NCBI GenBank assembly: GCA_965216755.1
Contig: CBDCGL010000011.1
Span: 576,001 to 640,000 of the forward strand
Source: Alphaproteobacteria bacterium
Lineage (GTDB): Bacteria; Pseudomonadota; Alphaproteobacteria; UBA7887
Reading direction: 5' to 3'
Length of the DNA: 64,000 nt
The position numbers and the translations under genes are program-made. This document shows positions 28,021-37,977 of the stretch, piece by piece (the stretch's first letter is position 1; every line of letters begins with the position of its first letter). The notes below the pieces were generated by a model, which was given only the letters and a program-made list of their open reading frames with translations, did no database searches and had not been told where the DNA came from.

Positions 28021-29226
28021 CTAAGTTTCCGGTAGACCCAATTCCGATAATATTCTGGCTCGGTGGCCGTTGAGCGCCGGTATCGCACCCCTTTTCTGGG
28101 GATCGGCGTAACCTTCGACCTTGACCGGATTGCCGGCGATGGCGATGCCTTCGGCAGCCGGGTCGTCAATTGCAACGACCATGTTGCGCGCTTTCGCTTG
28201 TGGGTGCTCAACCGCCATTTGCACCGTGTTCAATGGTCCGCACGGTATGCCGGCGGTTTCAAGCACCTCTAACCAATCCGCTGTCGGCTTGGTGGTCAGG
28301 ATCTTTTCCAGCTCGATTTTCAAATCGACAACATTCTCGATTCTATCTTCATTGCTCTGAAATCGAGGATCCGCCAATAGGTGGTCGGCATCCAGCGCCT
28401 CGCACAACCGTCGATACAGTGTTTCGTTGCCGGCGGCGATGATCACATGGCCGTCGGCGCTGGCGTAGCATTCGAAAGGCGCAATCGCTGGATGGCGGGC
28501 GCCGCTGGGACCGGGGCTTTGGCCCGTGGCGTAATACCGCGCGATGGCATTTTCCAGGATCGCCAGTTGGCAATCGAACATGGCGACGTCCAACTGTCGG
28601 CCTTGGCCGGTCTTGGCACGGTCGAAGAGCGCCGAATTGATGGCGATGGCGGTAAACATTCCCGCTGTGATGTCACCGATCGCGGTGCCAACTCGCGTCG
28701 GTGGGCCACCGTCATGGCCGGTTAGGCTCATGATTCCGCCCATGCCTTGCACAACCATGTCGTACGCGGGCCGGCGTGACAGTGGCCCGGTTTGGCCAAA
28801 CCCCGAGCAGGCTGCGTAGATCAGATTTGGGTAACAGTCCTTCAGCGTTGGCCAACCATAGCCAAGCTTATCCATCGTGCCGGGCCGGAAGTTCTCGACC
28901 AGCACGTCCGCGCGGCCCAGAAGGGCCTCGAAAATGGCCCTATCACCGTCGCTCTTGAGATCGAGGGCGATACTTTCCTTGCCGCGATTGAGTGACATGA
29001 AATACGCTGATTGGCCGTTGACGAACGGCCCGTAGGCCCGCGAATCGTCACCCCCAGGCGGTTCCACCTTAATCACACGCGCGCCCAAGTCACTGAGAAT
29101 CATGGTGCAATATGGTCCCGCGAGGACCCTGGTCATATCGATGATCGTCACGCCGGATAGCGGTCCGGCGGGCGCCGATCCGTGCGGTCCTGCTGTGTCG
29201 CCTGTTGTGAGGTCTTCTTTGGCCAT
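28021..29226 (-). CDS. Class III CoA-transferase (CaiB/BaiF)
   Basis: RVLAGPYCTM, VIKVEPPGGDDSR, LNRGKES, VENFRPG and GFGQTGP. Confidence 0.93.
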   Translation of the reverse strand: MAKEDLTTGDTAGPHGSAPAGPLSGVTIIDMTRVLAGPYCTMILSDLGARVIKVEPPGGDDSRAYGPFVNGQSAYFMSLNRGKESIALDLKSDGDRAIFEALLGRADVLVENFRPGTMDKLGYGWPTLKDCYPNLIYAACSGFGQTGPLSRRPAYDMVVQGMGGIMSLTGHDGGPPTRVGTAIGDITAGMFTAIAINSALFDRAKTGQGRQLDVAMFDCQLAILENAIARYYATGQSPGPSGARHPAIAPFECYASADGHVIIAAGNETLYRRLCEALDADHLLADPRFQSNEDRIENVVDLKIELEKILTTKPTADWLEVLETAGIPCGPLNTVQMAVEHPQAKARNMVVAIDDPAAEGIAIAGNPVKVEGYADPQKRGAIPALNGHRARILSELGLPET

Positions 29227-29307
29227 GAAAACACCCTATATCCGGTGGAATGCCCGTGATGCCGGGTGGCATACCGGAGGCCCACGACCTGTGCAAGCCG
29301 CAACGCC

Positions 29308-30480
29308 ATGACGGCTATTCCGAATACAAGCGTATCAGACCTGCGGACCCGTTTTCCGTCGGTCGAAGACATGCTGCGGGCGCTGACCCCAAGCTACCCC
29401 GTGTATTGTGTCCATGGCGAGCGGCTGGTGGCCGCGGCAGACGAGTTCGTCACGGGCTTTCCGGGCACAGTCATGTATGCGGTGAAGTGCAACCCCAGCC
29501 AACTGGTGCTTGACATGCTGCATGCCGGTGGAATCCGCGATTACGACACAGCGTCGCTGCCGGAGATTGCCGCAGTCCACGAACGGTTTCCGGAGTCCCG
29601 GTGCTATTTCCAGCATCCAGTCAAGAGTCGTGCCGCCATCGAAACCGCGTATTCGGTATATGAAGTTCGCGATTTTGCCATCGACCACCCGGCGGAGTTG
29701 GCCAAACTGCGCACGGTCGCCGGCGCTGACCCCAACTTGACCGTGTTTGTGCGATTGGCGACCGAGCCCGGCCACGCCGACTACGATCTGTCGAGTAAAT
29801 TTGGCGCGGACCATGAATTGGCCGCTGAACTGTTACGCATGGTTAGGCATTTGGGCTACAGGCCAGCGGTTTCGTTCCATGTCGGTTCGCAGTGCCTGTC
29901 GCCTGACGCCTATGGCGAGGCGATCCGCGACGCGGGTATCGTTATTGCCGAAGCCGACGTCTCGGTCAGTGCGCTCGATATCGGTGGTGGGTTTCCTGCG
30001 CCCTATCCAAATCGACCGGCGCCGCCGTTGCAGACGTTTTTTTCGACAATCGGTGACTCCTTTGCCGCGTTGGAGCTTGACAGTGACGTCGCTTTGCTGT
30101 GCGAACCTGGGCGGTCCCTGGTTGCCGATGGCGTGTCCGTAATCACACAAGTGCAGTTACGCAAAGACGATCACCTGTACATCAATGATGGCGTCTTCGG
30201 CAGTTTCTCGGAGCTGTTATTTGTGTCTTATGACTTTCCGGCACAATTGCACCGTTTGGAAGGGGATGTCACCGACGAGTGCGCTCCATTTATCGTCTAT
30301 GGTCCGACATGTGATTCAAACGATCTTCTGCCGACCGCCTTTGAGTTGCCCGCTGATGTTCGCGAAGGTGACTGGATCGAGTTCTCCTTGATGGGTGCCT
30401 ATTCGAATGCTCTGCGAACCGGATTCAACGGCTTTTATCCGGAAACTTTCGTCCTCGTAGATGCGCCGGGCGTTTCATAA
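29308..30480 (+). CDS. Ornithine/lysine decarboxylase (fold type III PLP enzyme)
   Basis: YAVKCNP, DTASLPEI, LSSKFGA, FHVGSQC, DIGGGFP, EPGR, GPTCDSND and GAY. Confidence 0.88.
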   Translation: MTAIPNTSVSDLRTRFPSVEDMLRALTPSYPVYCVHGERLVAAADEFVTGFPGTVMYAVKCNPSQLVLDMLHAGGIRDYDTASLPEIAAVHERFPESRCYFQHPVKSRAAIETAYSVYEVRDFAIDHPAELAKLRTVAGADPNLTVFVRLATEPGHADYDLSSKFGADHELAAELLRMVRHLGYRPAVSFHVGSQCLSPDAYGEAIRDAGIVIAEADVSVSALDIGGGFPAPYPNRPAPPLQTFFSTIGDSFAALELDSDVALLCEPGRSLVADGVSVITQVQLRKDDHLYINDGVFGSFSELLFVSYDFPAQLHRLEGDVTDECAPFIVYGPTCDSNDLLPTAFELPADVREGDWIEFSLMGAYSNALRTGFNGFYPETFVLVDAPGVS

Positions 30481-31321
30481 CATCGCCGAACCGGCCGGGC
30501 CGCGGCGCTTGTCTTATGTTGAATGGGGCGACCGGGCTAATCCGCGGGTTGCCCTTTGCGTGCACGGGCTCACACGCAATGCACGCGATTTCGATCGCCT
30601 CGGCGCCACGCTGGCTGAATCGCACCGCGTAATTTGTGTCGACGTGGCTGGTCGTGGTGAAAGCGATTGGCTGGCGGACCCCGCCTATTACGGCGTGCCG
30701 ACCTACATGTCGGATATCCTGGGTCTTCTGGCAGCGCTGAACATACCGCAGGTCGATTGGGTGGGTACCTCCATGGGGGGCATGATCGGCATGGCGGTCG
30801 CAGCATCCCCGGACAGTGGCGGCAGAATTGCCAAGCTCATACTCAACGATATTGGCCCGTTCATTCCCAAGTCGGCCCTGGCTCGGATTGGCAGCTATGT
30901 CGGCCAGCCTTGGCGGTTTGATGACTTCACCGCCGCAGAGGCGCATATTCGCGCGGTCCACGCGCCGTTCGGACTGCGCGACGACGCGGATTGGCGCTAT
31001 TTGACGGAAATCTCCGTCCGTAATGACAAAGATGGCAAGTTGGTGCCGATCTATGATCCGGCCATTGGTGAGGGCTTTCGAGCGACCGAACCACAGGACA
31101 TGGATCTGTGGCCGATGTGGCAAGACATTCGCTGTCCGGTGCTTGTGTTGCGCGGCGCCGAATCAGATTTGCTGACCGCCGCGACGGCGCGGCAGATGGC
31201 CGACACTGGCCCCAAAGCAATGGTGGTTGAATTCCCCCTTATTGGCCATGCTCCTGCTTTGTTCGACGACGACCAAATCGGCGCCATCATGCGATGGTTG
31301 CGCGCTGAGCCGCAGATGTGA
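30461..31321 (+). CDS. Alpha/beta hydrolase
   Basis: CVHGLTRNARDF, GTSMGG nucleophile elbow and GHAP. Confidence 0.9.
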   Translation: MRRAFHNIAEPAGPRRLSYVEWGDRANPRVALCVHGLTRNARDFDRLGATLAESHRVICVDVAGRGESDWLADPAYYGVPTYMSDILGLLAALNIPQVDWVGTSMGGMIGMAVAASPDSGGRIAKLILNDIGPFIPKSALARIGSYVGQPWRFDDFTAAEAHIRAVHAPFGLRDDADWRYLTEISVRNDKDGKLVPIYDPAIGEGFRATEPQDMDLWPMWQDIRCPVLVLRGAESDLLTAATARQMADTGPKAMVVEFPLIGHAPALFDDDQIGAIMRWLRAEPQM

Positions 31322-32343
31322 CCCAGGCTGATGCAGCGTTTCCGTCGTTCAGGGCCCGCGCGCCTTGGTGGGGTGGAGACCTTCAGACATTGCGAAACTA
31401 TGTGGTCGGCAGAACCGCTTCTGAACTTGTGGACTCAGGCCGCCAGGTGACCGTGCCCACGCGCGACGGCAGCGGGGATCAAATGCTGGCGCGGGTCACA
31501 AAACCGCTACGGGCGACCACCGCCGACCGGCCGCTGGTGGTCTTGGTTCATGGCCTGACCGGGTGCGAGGACAGCGCTTACATGCGAGCCTCGGCCGCTT
31601 TTTGGATGGAGCGTGGCTACCGCGTGGCGCGTCTGAACCTGCGTGGTGCGGGACCATCACGGCCCTTGTGCCAGGGCTACTACTTCGCCGGCGCCTCTCA
31701 TGATCTACGTGATGCGATAGATGGCCTGATCAATGCCTTGGCTGTGGAAAACATCGTGCTTGTGGGCTTTTCCCTGGGCGGGAATATTGTCGCCAAGTAC
31801 CTGGCTGAGATTGGCGCCGGCCGGCCCGGCGGCAACGCGCGGATCATCGCCGCGGCCTTGGTATCCACGCCTATTAGTCTGAGTGATGCCTCCAAACGGC
31901 TGAAGGCGGGGCGAAACTGGCCCTACCAAAGATATCTCTTGGGCCGTTTGCGGCGCGAGTGCCTGGCGGCCAAGGGGACGCTGGCCCTTGAGGAGCGGCG
32001 TCGGATCCGTGAAGCCAATACGCTGCAAGCCTTTGATGACGGATTTACTGCACCGCGCCACGGCTTTCGCGATGCAGAGCACTATTACGACCAATGCTCG
32101 GCCGTCCGCTTTTTGCCAGCGGTTCGTGTTCCCACATTAATCGTACACGCGCGCAATGATCCGTGGATACCGGCGCGGCCTTATGAGGCGTTCAATTGGC
32201 GCGCAAATCGCGCCTTGACACCGCTCTTGTCCGCAGGCGGCGGCCATGTCGGCTTTCATGATGGTGGCGCTCAGGCTTCCTGGCACGACCGCTGCGTCGC
32301 CGTGTTCGTCGAACGTCAATCAGTTGAAACGTCAATCGGTTGA
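31318..32343 (+). CDS. YheT-family alpha/beta hydrolase
   Basis: DLQTL, HGLTGC, GFSLGGN, FDDGFTAP.HGF, NDPWI and GGHVGF. Confidence 0.88.
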   Translation: MTQADAAFPSFRARAPWWGGDLQTLRNYVVGRTASELVDSGRQVTVPTRDGSGDQMLARVTKPLRATTADRPLVVLVHGLTGCEDSAYMRASAAFWMERGYRVARLNLRGAGPSRPLCQGYYFAGASHDLRDAIDGLINALAVENIVLVGFSLGGNIVAKYLAEIGAGRPGGNARIIAAALVSTPISLSDASKRLKAGRNWPYQRYLLGRLRRECLAAKGTLALEERRRIREANTLQAFDDGFTAPRHGFRDAEHYYDQCSAVRFLPAVRVPTLIVHARNDPWIPARPYEAFNWRANRALTPLLSAGGGHVGFHDGGAQASWHDRCVAVFVERQSVETSIG

Positions 32344-32439
32344 ATCGAAGGCCGCATTCGTGTGTCCGGTATGGTACCCGTACGGGGCTGTCGACCCTAT
32401 TATCTTGATGAGACACTCGCCAAAGGAAGGACCGGTGCT

Positions 32440-33378
32440 ATGGAAGCGTTTGCGCCCAGCGCTCTACTGATCTTTGTCATCGCAGTCGTCATATTGTCCG
32501 CGGTGACTATTTATGCCGGGGTCAAAACCGTGCCCCAAGCCAATGAGTGGACTGTTGAACGTTTTGGGCGCTACACGCGCAGCTTGCGGCCAGGTTTGAA
32601 TTTCATCGTTCCGTACATGGATCGCATCAGTTACAGGCTGTCCATGAAGGAAACTGTCTTGGATATCCCAGCGCAGGACGTGATCACCTTTGACAACGCC
32701 ACCGTGACGGCTGATGGCGTTGTGTTCTTCCAGATTGTCGATTCGGCCAAGGCGGCATACGAGGTCGCAGATCTGGAACGGGCGATTACCAATTTGGCAC
32801 TCACCAACATCCGAACGGTGATCGGTTCCATGGCACTCGACGACGTGCTTTCCAAGCGCGACGACATCAACGACCGGTTGCTGGTTGTGGTCGACCAGGC
32901 CACCAACCCCTGGGGGGTCAAAGTAACGCGCATTGAAATCAAGGATCTGGCACCGCCTGCCGATTTGGTTGCGGCCATGGGACAACAAATGAAAGCCGAG
33001 CGCGAGAAGCGCGCAGAGGTGCTGGCGGCCGAAGGCGAAAAGCAAGCGGCGATCTTGCGCGCGGAGGGTCAAAAACAAAGCGCGATTTTGGAGGCGGAAG
33101 GTCGGCGCGAGGCCGCGTTCCGAGATGCCGAGGCGCGCGAACGCGAGGCGAAAGCCGAGGCGGACGCGACGACATCGGTTTCGGATGCGATCGCCAAGGG
33201 TGATGTGCAGGCGATTAACTATTTTGTCGCCCAACGCTATACCCAAGCTTTGGAACATGTCGCCGCCGCACCCAACCAGCGGGTTGTCTTGATGCCACTT
33301 GAAGCGACTAAGATCCTCGGCAGCCTGGGCGGTATCGCCGAGTTGGCACGGGCCTCGTTCGACGGCAAGACTGGATAA
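32440..33378 (+). CDS. qmcA: SPFH/stomatin-like protein
   Basis: VERFGRY, QDVITFDNA, WGVKVTRIEIKD and QMKAEREKRA coiled coil. Paired with NfeD. Confidence 0.9.
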   Translation: MEAFAPSALLIFVIAVVILSAVTIYAGVKTVPQANEWTVERFGRYTRSLRPGLNFIVPYMDRISYRLSMKETVLDIPAQDVITFDNATVTADGVVFFQIVDSAKAAYEVADLERAITNLALTNIRTVIGSMALDDVLSKRDDINDRLLVVVDQATNPWGVKVTRIEIKDLAPPADLVAAMGQQMKAEREKRAEVLAAEGEKQAAILRAEGQKQSAILEAEGRREAAFRDAEAREREAKAEADATTSVSDAIAKGDVQAINYFVAQRYTQALEHVAAAPNQRVVLMPLEATKILGSLGGIAELARASFDGKTG

Positions 33379-33383
33379 CAGCC

Positions 33384-33860
33384 ATGGATGAATTCATTGC
33401 CTGGCTTTGGCAAGTTTCTTACTGGCACTGGTGGGCGCTGGGCATATTTCTGCTCGCCATCGAGGTTTTTGTGCCCTCAACATTTCTGATTTGGCCGGGG
33501 ATGTCGGCGGGTGTTGTCGGCGTGATTGTGGCGTTCGTCCCCGATCTCGATTGGCGCATGCAAGTTCTGACGTTCGCCGTGTTGGCAATGGCGTCAACTG
33601 TGGCGTGGCTGACCTGGCTACGGCGCCATCCAACCCAGACCGATGATCCGACGCTCAATGTGCGGGCACAGCGCTATGTCGGTCGGCGTGTCACCCTGGC
33701 GGAGACATTGGTCAACGGTCGTGGCCGGATAAAATTGGACGATACATGGTGGCTCGTGGAAAGCGACGACAGCGGGTCGATTGAGGAGGGCGTGACAATC
33801 GAAATCACAGGTGCCGACAGCACGACCTTGAAGATCCAAGCCGTTGGACCGCAGGATTAG
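33384..33860 (+). CDS. NfeD/YbbJ family membrane protein
   Basis: WHWWALG..LLAIE, LNVRAQRYVG and GRGRIKLDDTWW (OB fold). Follows the SPFH gene. Confidence 0.9.
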   Translation: MDEFIAWLWQVSYWHWWALGIFLLAIEVFVPSTFLIWPGMSAGVVGVIVAFVPDLDWRMQVLTFAVLAMASTVAWLTWLRRHPTQTDDPTLNVRAQRYVGRRVTLAETLVNGRGRIKLDDTWWLVESDDSGSIEEGVTIEITGADSTTLKIQAVGPQD

Positions 33861-33889
33861 CGGCGGACGACTGTGATCCGCGCGACGAG

Positions 33890-34885
33890 ATGACCACCGA
33901 CGAACCGATCTTCGGCCTGTTGGAGGTGCGCGCCCTGCGCCGCGCGGGCACGTTGTCGGCTTCGCAATTCGCGCGTGCCGCACACACGGTCCGCGATCAC
34001 GGTCATTGGCGTCAATGGGCATCGTGGGCGTTGTTGGCACTGGGTGCCGGGCACGTGTTGGTCGGCATTGTGTTCTTTTTCGCTTACAATTGGGCGGACA
34101 TGCCCGCGATCGCCAAGTTTGTGGTGATCGAGGTCGGCATCGTCCTGGCCGCGGTGGCGGCCCTGTGGTGCGGCATCGTGCGTCCCGCCGGTCGCGCCCT
34201 GCTGATCGCCGCGTCGGTGCTGACAGGCGTGTTGTTGGCGGTGATCGGCCAAGTCTATCAAACCGGCGCCGATGCCTATGAGCTGTTTGTTGCTTGGATG
34301 GTGCTGATCGTGCCCTGGGCGTTGGCGTCGCGCGATGCCGGTCATTGGCTGTTGTGGCTGATCGTTGTCGATGCGGCGGCAAGTCTTTATGCGGCCCAAG
34401 TCCTGGTGCCCTTGGGCCTTTTCACTGCGACCAGAAGCGCCCTGGTGGTTACGGCCATACCGATTGTAGCTCTGGCCATTCGCGAGGGTTTGGTTACGCG
34501 TGGTTTCGCCTGGCCGGCGGCCGTTTGGACCCGGCATCTCCTTCTGTTCATCGCCTTGGTGCAGCTTTTTGTGATGGCTGTCGGGTTTGTGTTCAATCTA
34601 AACAACGATCCGCTGACGGTCATCTTGTTTGGGGCCGCATTGGCGATCGCTGCCGCGGTTTATGTATTCCTGCGCCCGGATCCCTTGGGCGCGGCGCAGG
34701 CCATCGGCTTTGTTGGGTTTTTTCTCATGGCTGTCGGTGCGCGCGCGATCTCGCAGCTGATCGGCTTCGACTTTGACCAGATCCCCCACGCGGTCGGCGG
34801 TCTTGGTTTGCTGACGGCCTGGTGTATCGCCGTGACCGTTGTCATGGCAAAGTTGCTCCTGCCGAAGCGGGCATCTGCCCGATGA
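33890..34885 (+). CDS. DUF2157-type membrane protein
   Basis: GIVFFFAYNW.DMP..AKF and LAVIGQVYQTGAD.YELF motifs. Confidence 0.85.
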   Translation: MTTDEPIFGLLEVRALRRAGTLSASQFARAAHTVRDHGHWRQWASWALLALGAGHVLVGIVFFFAYNWADMPAIAKFVVIEVGIVLAAVAALWCGIVRPAGRALLIAASVLTGVLLAVIGQVYQTGADAYELFVAWMVLIVPWALASRDAGHWLLWLIVVDAAASLYAAQVLVPLGLFTATRSALVVTAIPIVALAIREGLVTRGFAWPAAVWTRHLLLFIALVQLFVMAVGFVFNLNNDPLTVILFGAALAIAAAVYVFLRPDPLGAAQAIGFVGFFLMAVGARAISQLIGFDFDQIPHAVGGLGLLTAWCIAVTVVMAKLLLPKRASAR

Positions 34886-35922
34886 TGGCCATGACTGAAT
34901 TCTGCGCAGAGTTCGGGCTCGAACCCGCAGATGTCCGGCGGGCTCTTGACGCAGAGAGGGCATCATCGCGACACGACGCGGCCTGGTACGTTACGGCGTT
35001 GCTGGCAGTTGCCGCTTGGGTAACCGCCTTGGTCATGATCGGTTTCGCTTTCGCTTTGCTCTATTTCGTTATTGGCATCGAAGAACCGTCGGCGTCTTTT
35101 GCTTTATTTGGTGCGGTGCTTTTCCTGGCCGGCGACTCTTTGCTTGGCAGCAAAGAAAAGGGTGTATTTCGCGCGCAGTTGGGCACGGTGTTGTCGTCGG
35201 CCGGCCTGATCATGGTCGTCACCGGCGTCACTGTTGAAACGGAATCGATATGGTCCGGTGTTCTGGCCGCAGGTGTGTTGGCATCGGTCGTCGCATGGCG
35301 TGGACGGAGCCGAATATTACAGTTTGTGGCGTCAGCGACGGCGGTTGTCACGGTGGCACTCGCGCTTCTGGATGAATCACGTGATTTCATTGTGATTGCG
35401 GCAGCTTGTCTGACGGCTATAGGTGCGGTGATGCTGTTGCGGCCGCCGCGTCGGGATCTTGAACCGACCGCAATGGTGCTACTGTTTTGTGCGCCGGTGT
35501 TCTCAATATTTGGTTCGAACGCAATCGGATTCTATGCACAGGCAACAGAGTGGGTTTGGGTCGGCAAAGTCATGCTTATGGGCCTGTTCGTATACCTGGC
35601 CGCGACATTGTGGCGCCAGCATACGAGTGCGGTAATACGGCGGAATCTAGCGGTTGTCGCGGCCGTGGCTCTTTTTGCAGCGTTGTTGCTGCCTGTCGGT
35701 GGTGTGGCCGCTTTGGTGATAATGATGCTGGCCTACATCCTTGGCGCGCGCGTTTTGGCCGCGGCGGGCGTATTATGGGAGATCTTCTTCATCTCCCAAT
35801 TTTACTACGATCTGATCACAACATTGCTTAACAAATCATTGATCATGATAGCCGTCGGCGTGGCTACCATCGCGGCATGGGCATTTGTCTCTCGTCGTGT
35901 TGGCGCGCAAGAGGCGTCATGA
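34882..35922 (+). CDS. DUF4401-type membrane protein
   Basis: Polytopic protein with WYV..LL at the N-terminus and FYYDL.TTLL.KS at the C-terminus. Lies between DUF2157 and GDYXXLXY genes. Confidence 0.78.
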   Translation: MMAMTEFCAEFGLEPADVRRALDAERASSRHDAAWYVTALLAVAAWVTALVMIGFAFALLYFVIGIEEPSASFALFGAVLFLAGDSLLGSKEKGVFRAQLGTVLSSAGLIMVVTGVTVETESIWSGVLAAGVLASVVAWRGRSRILQFVASATAVVTVALALLDESRDFIVIAAACLTAIGAVMLLRPPRRDLEPTAMVLLFCAPVFSIFGSNAIGFYAQATEWVWVGKVMLMGLFVYLAATLWRQHTSAVIRRNLAVVAAVALFAALLLPVGGVAALVIMMLAYILGARVLAAAGVLWEIFFISQFYYDLITTLLNKSLIMIAVGVATIAAWAFVSRRVGAQEAS

Positions 35923-36422
35923 AAAAGGTTCGAATCGCATCGGTCCTGTTGGGTCTCGGATTGGTCCTTGGCGTGGCCAACATGAACATTTTGGCGAAAC
36001 AACGAACAATCAATAATGGACGGCCGGTTCTGCTGCCATTGGCGCCTGTCGACCCGCGTTCTTTGATTCAGGGGGACTATATGCGACTCCGCTATGAGAA
36101 CGAGGTGTTTCCGGATAAGGAAATGGCCAAGGATCTGCCACCGAAAGGCGCAATTATACTCGTGGTTGACGAACACAATGTGGGCCGTTTCGCGCGTCTC
36201 GACGACGGTGGTGGTTTGTCGGACCAAGAAGTTCGTGTGCGTTATCGCCTGCGCGATGCGGCAGGTCGCATGAGGCTCGGCGCCGAATCTTTCTTTTTTC
36301 AAGAGGGCGATGCTACGCTGTACCAAGACGCCGAATATGGTGTGTTGCACGTAGGCGCCCAGGGCGCGACCGTCCTGGTCGGGCTGGCGGACGCAGATCA
36401 TAGACTGATCGAACGGCCATAG
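35919..36422 (+). CDS. GDYXXLXY domain protein
   Basis: LAPVDPRSLIQGDYMRLRY and FFFQEG. Confidence 0.9.
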   Translation: MKKVRIASVLLGLGLVLGVANMNILAKQRTINNGRPVLLPLAPVDPRSLIQGDYMRLRYENEVFPDKEMAKDLPPKGAIILVVDEHNVGRFARLDDGGGLSDQEVRVRYRLRDAAGRMRLGAESFFFQEGDATLYQDAEYGVLHVGAQGATVLVGLADADHRLIERP

Positions 36423-36447
36423 GTACGGCGCGGCCCGATGCGTGGCG

Positions 36448-37794
36448 CTACAACCATTCGTCTTTGATCGTGAAACCAGTATAGGCGGCCCGCAAATAGG
36501 TCTTGCGCAATGCTGGCGCTGGAAAGCGCGGCATCGGACCGCGTAGCACGGCTGGTATCCGTTCATCGGCGCGTTGCCCATTCGCTATCAGGTCGGCAAG
36601 GGCGTCGCCACACCAACTGGCCATCGCAACCCCGCTGCCGTGATACGCGAGGGACGTCCAGGCATTCGGCATGTCGCCGATCGGGCCAACATATGGCACC
36701 AGTTTGTAAGCAAGGCAGACAAAGCCAAACCAGAAACGTTCGGTTTCGACCAGCCGCCACGCAGGAAACATCGCCTCAAACGCGCGACGCAGTTTCCGGC
36801 GCATGCGCTGTACGGCGTGCGGCGCCGCATCGATCCCGCCGCGACCGCCAAACAAAAACCGGCCATCCGGCAAAAGACGAAAGTAATGAAGCAGGTTGCG
36901 CGTATCGCGCGCCATGATGTGGGTGGTCCAGCCCTGGGTCTCGCGTTCGACATTCGTGAGTGGACGGGTGACCAAGATATTGGACATGGTTGGCAATGTG
37001 CGACCGCCATGCCACGGCGGCAAATTCTCGGACCCGTAGCCATTCGTCGCCACAACCACCCGACGCGCTCGGATCTCGCCATGTGGCAATGTCAAGGTGT
37101 GCCGGTCACCGTCGCAACGCCAGATTTGGACAGGGCTGCCGCCGTGAATGCGTGCGCCTGCGTCGGCGGCGACGTCTGCCAATCCGCGCGCATAAGTCAG
37201 CGGTTGGACGCCAAAACCAATGGGCACATGGACGCCGGCGTGGAACTCCGGCCCGGCCACCCCAATCGACGCCAGATCGGCCCGGTTGAAGGTCGGCGAG
37301 TCGACGCCGAGAACATCGCGCACGGCGGCCGCCTCCGCATGCAACGCCGGGATCCGATTGAGACGATGCGCGAGCGTCAATTCACCTACGCCACAAACAT
37401 CCGCGTCCACGCTGTTTTTGGCGAGAAAAGAACGGACATGTTCCACAGCCGCCTGTTCGGTGCGCAAGAAATGGGCCGCGTTTTCGGTGCCATAACGCCG
37501 CGCGAGGGTGTCATGAGGTAACTTCGTGGAGCCCAAACAGCAGAAACCGCCGTTGCGTCCTGACGCGCCCCAACCCGGCGCGCCGCTATCGACCACGCGT
37601 ACGTCCATACCGTGCCGCCTAACGAGTGCCAACGCTGCCGACAGCCCCGTGAATCCGGCTCCAATAATGGCAATATCGCACGAGACCGAGTTCTGAAGCG
37701 GGGGGAAATCATGGCGCGATGGCGTCGCGGTGGCCAACCAATGACTGTCGACCGCCACCGACGTGTCAAACGCGCTGTTGTGATAGAGCCGCAT
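36448..37794 (-). CDS. FAD-dependent oxidoreductase (DadA/PuuB-like amine oxidase)
   Basis: IIGAGFTG, GWGASGRNGGF, YFRLLPDGRFLFGG and YHGSGV. Start moved to ATG 37794. Confidence 0.88.
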   Translation of the reverse strand: MRLYHNSAFDTSVAVDSHWLATATPSRHDFPPLQNSVSCDIAIIGAGFTGLSAALALVRRHGMDVRVVDSGAPGWGASGRNGGFCCLGSTKLPHDTLARRYGTENAAHFLRTEQAAVEHVRSFLAKNSVDADVCGVGELTLAHRLNRIPALHAEAAAVRDVLGVDSPTFNRADLASIGVAGPEFHAGVHVPIGFGVQPLTYARGLADVAADAGARIHGGSPVQIWRCDGDRHTLTLPHGEIRARRVVVATNGYGSENLPPWHGGRTLPTMSNILVTRPLTNVERETQGWTTHIMARDTRNLLHYFRLLPDGRFLFGGRGGIDAAPHAVQRMRRKLRRAFEAMFPAWRLVETERFWFGFVCLAYKLVPYVGPIGDMPNAWTSLAYHGSGVAMASWCGDALADLIANGQRADERIPAVLRGPMPRFPAPALRKTYLRAAYTGFTIKDEWL

Positions 37795-37977
37795 GTTCGA
37801 ACTTCCCCGACCCAGTGCGCAAGCCGACGCTTGATTGCCAGCCGCCGTTTGGCACGCGTCACAATTCTTACTGAAAATATCCAACCGTTTGAATAAAATA
37901 ACCAAATAAGACGCGTCTGTGGAACGGCGCCACCGGTCAAGACGGCGCGTGTATCACAAGCCGGAGGGAGGATCAGA

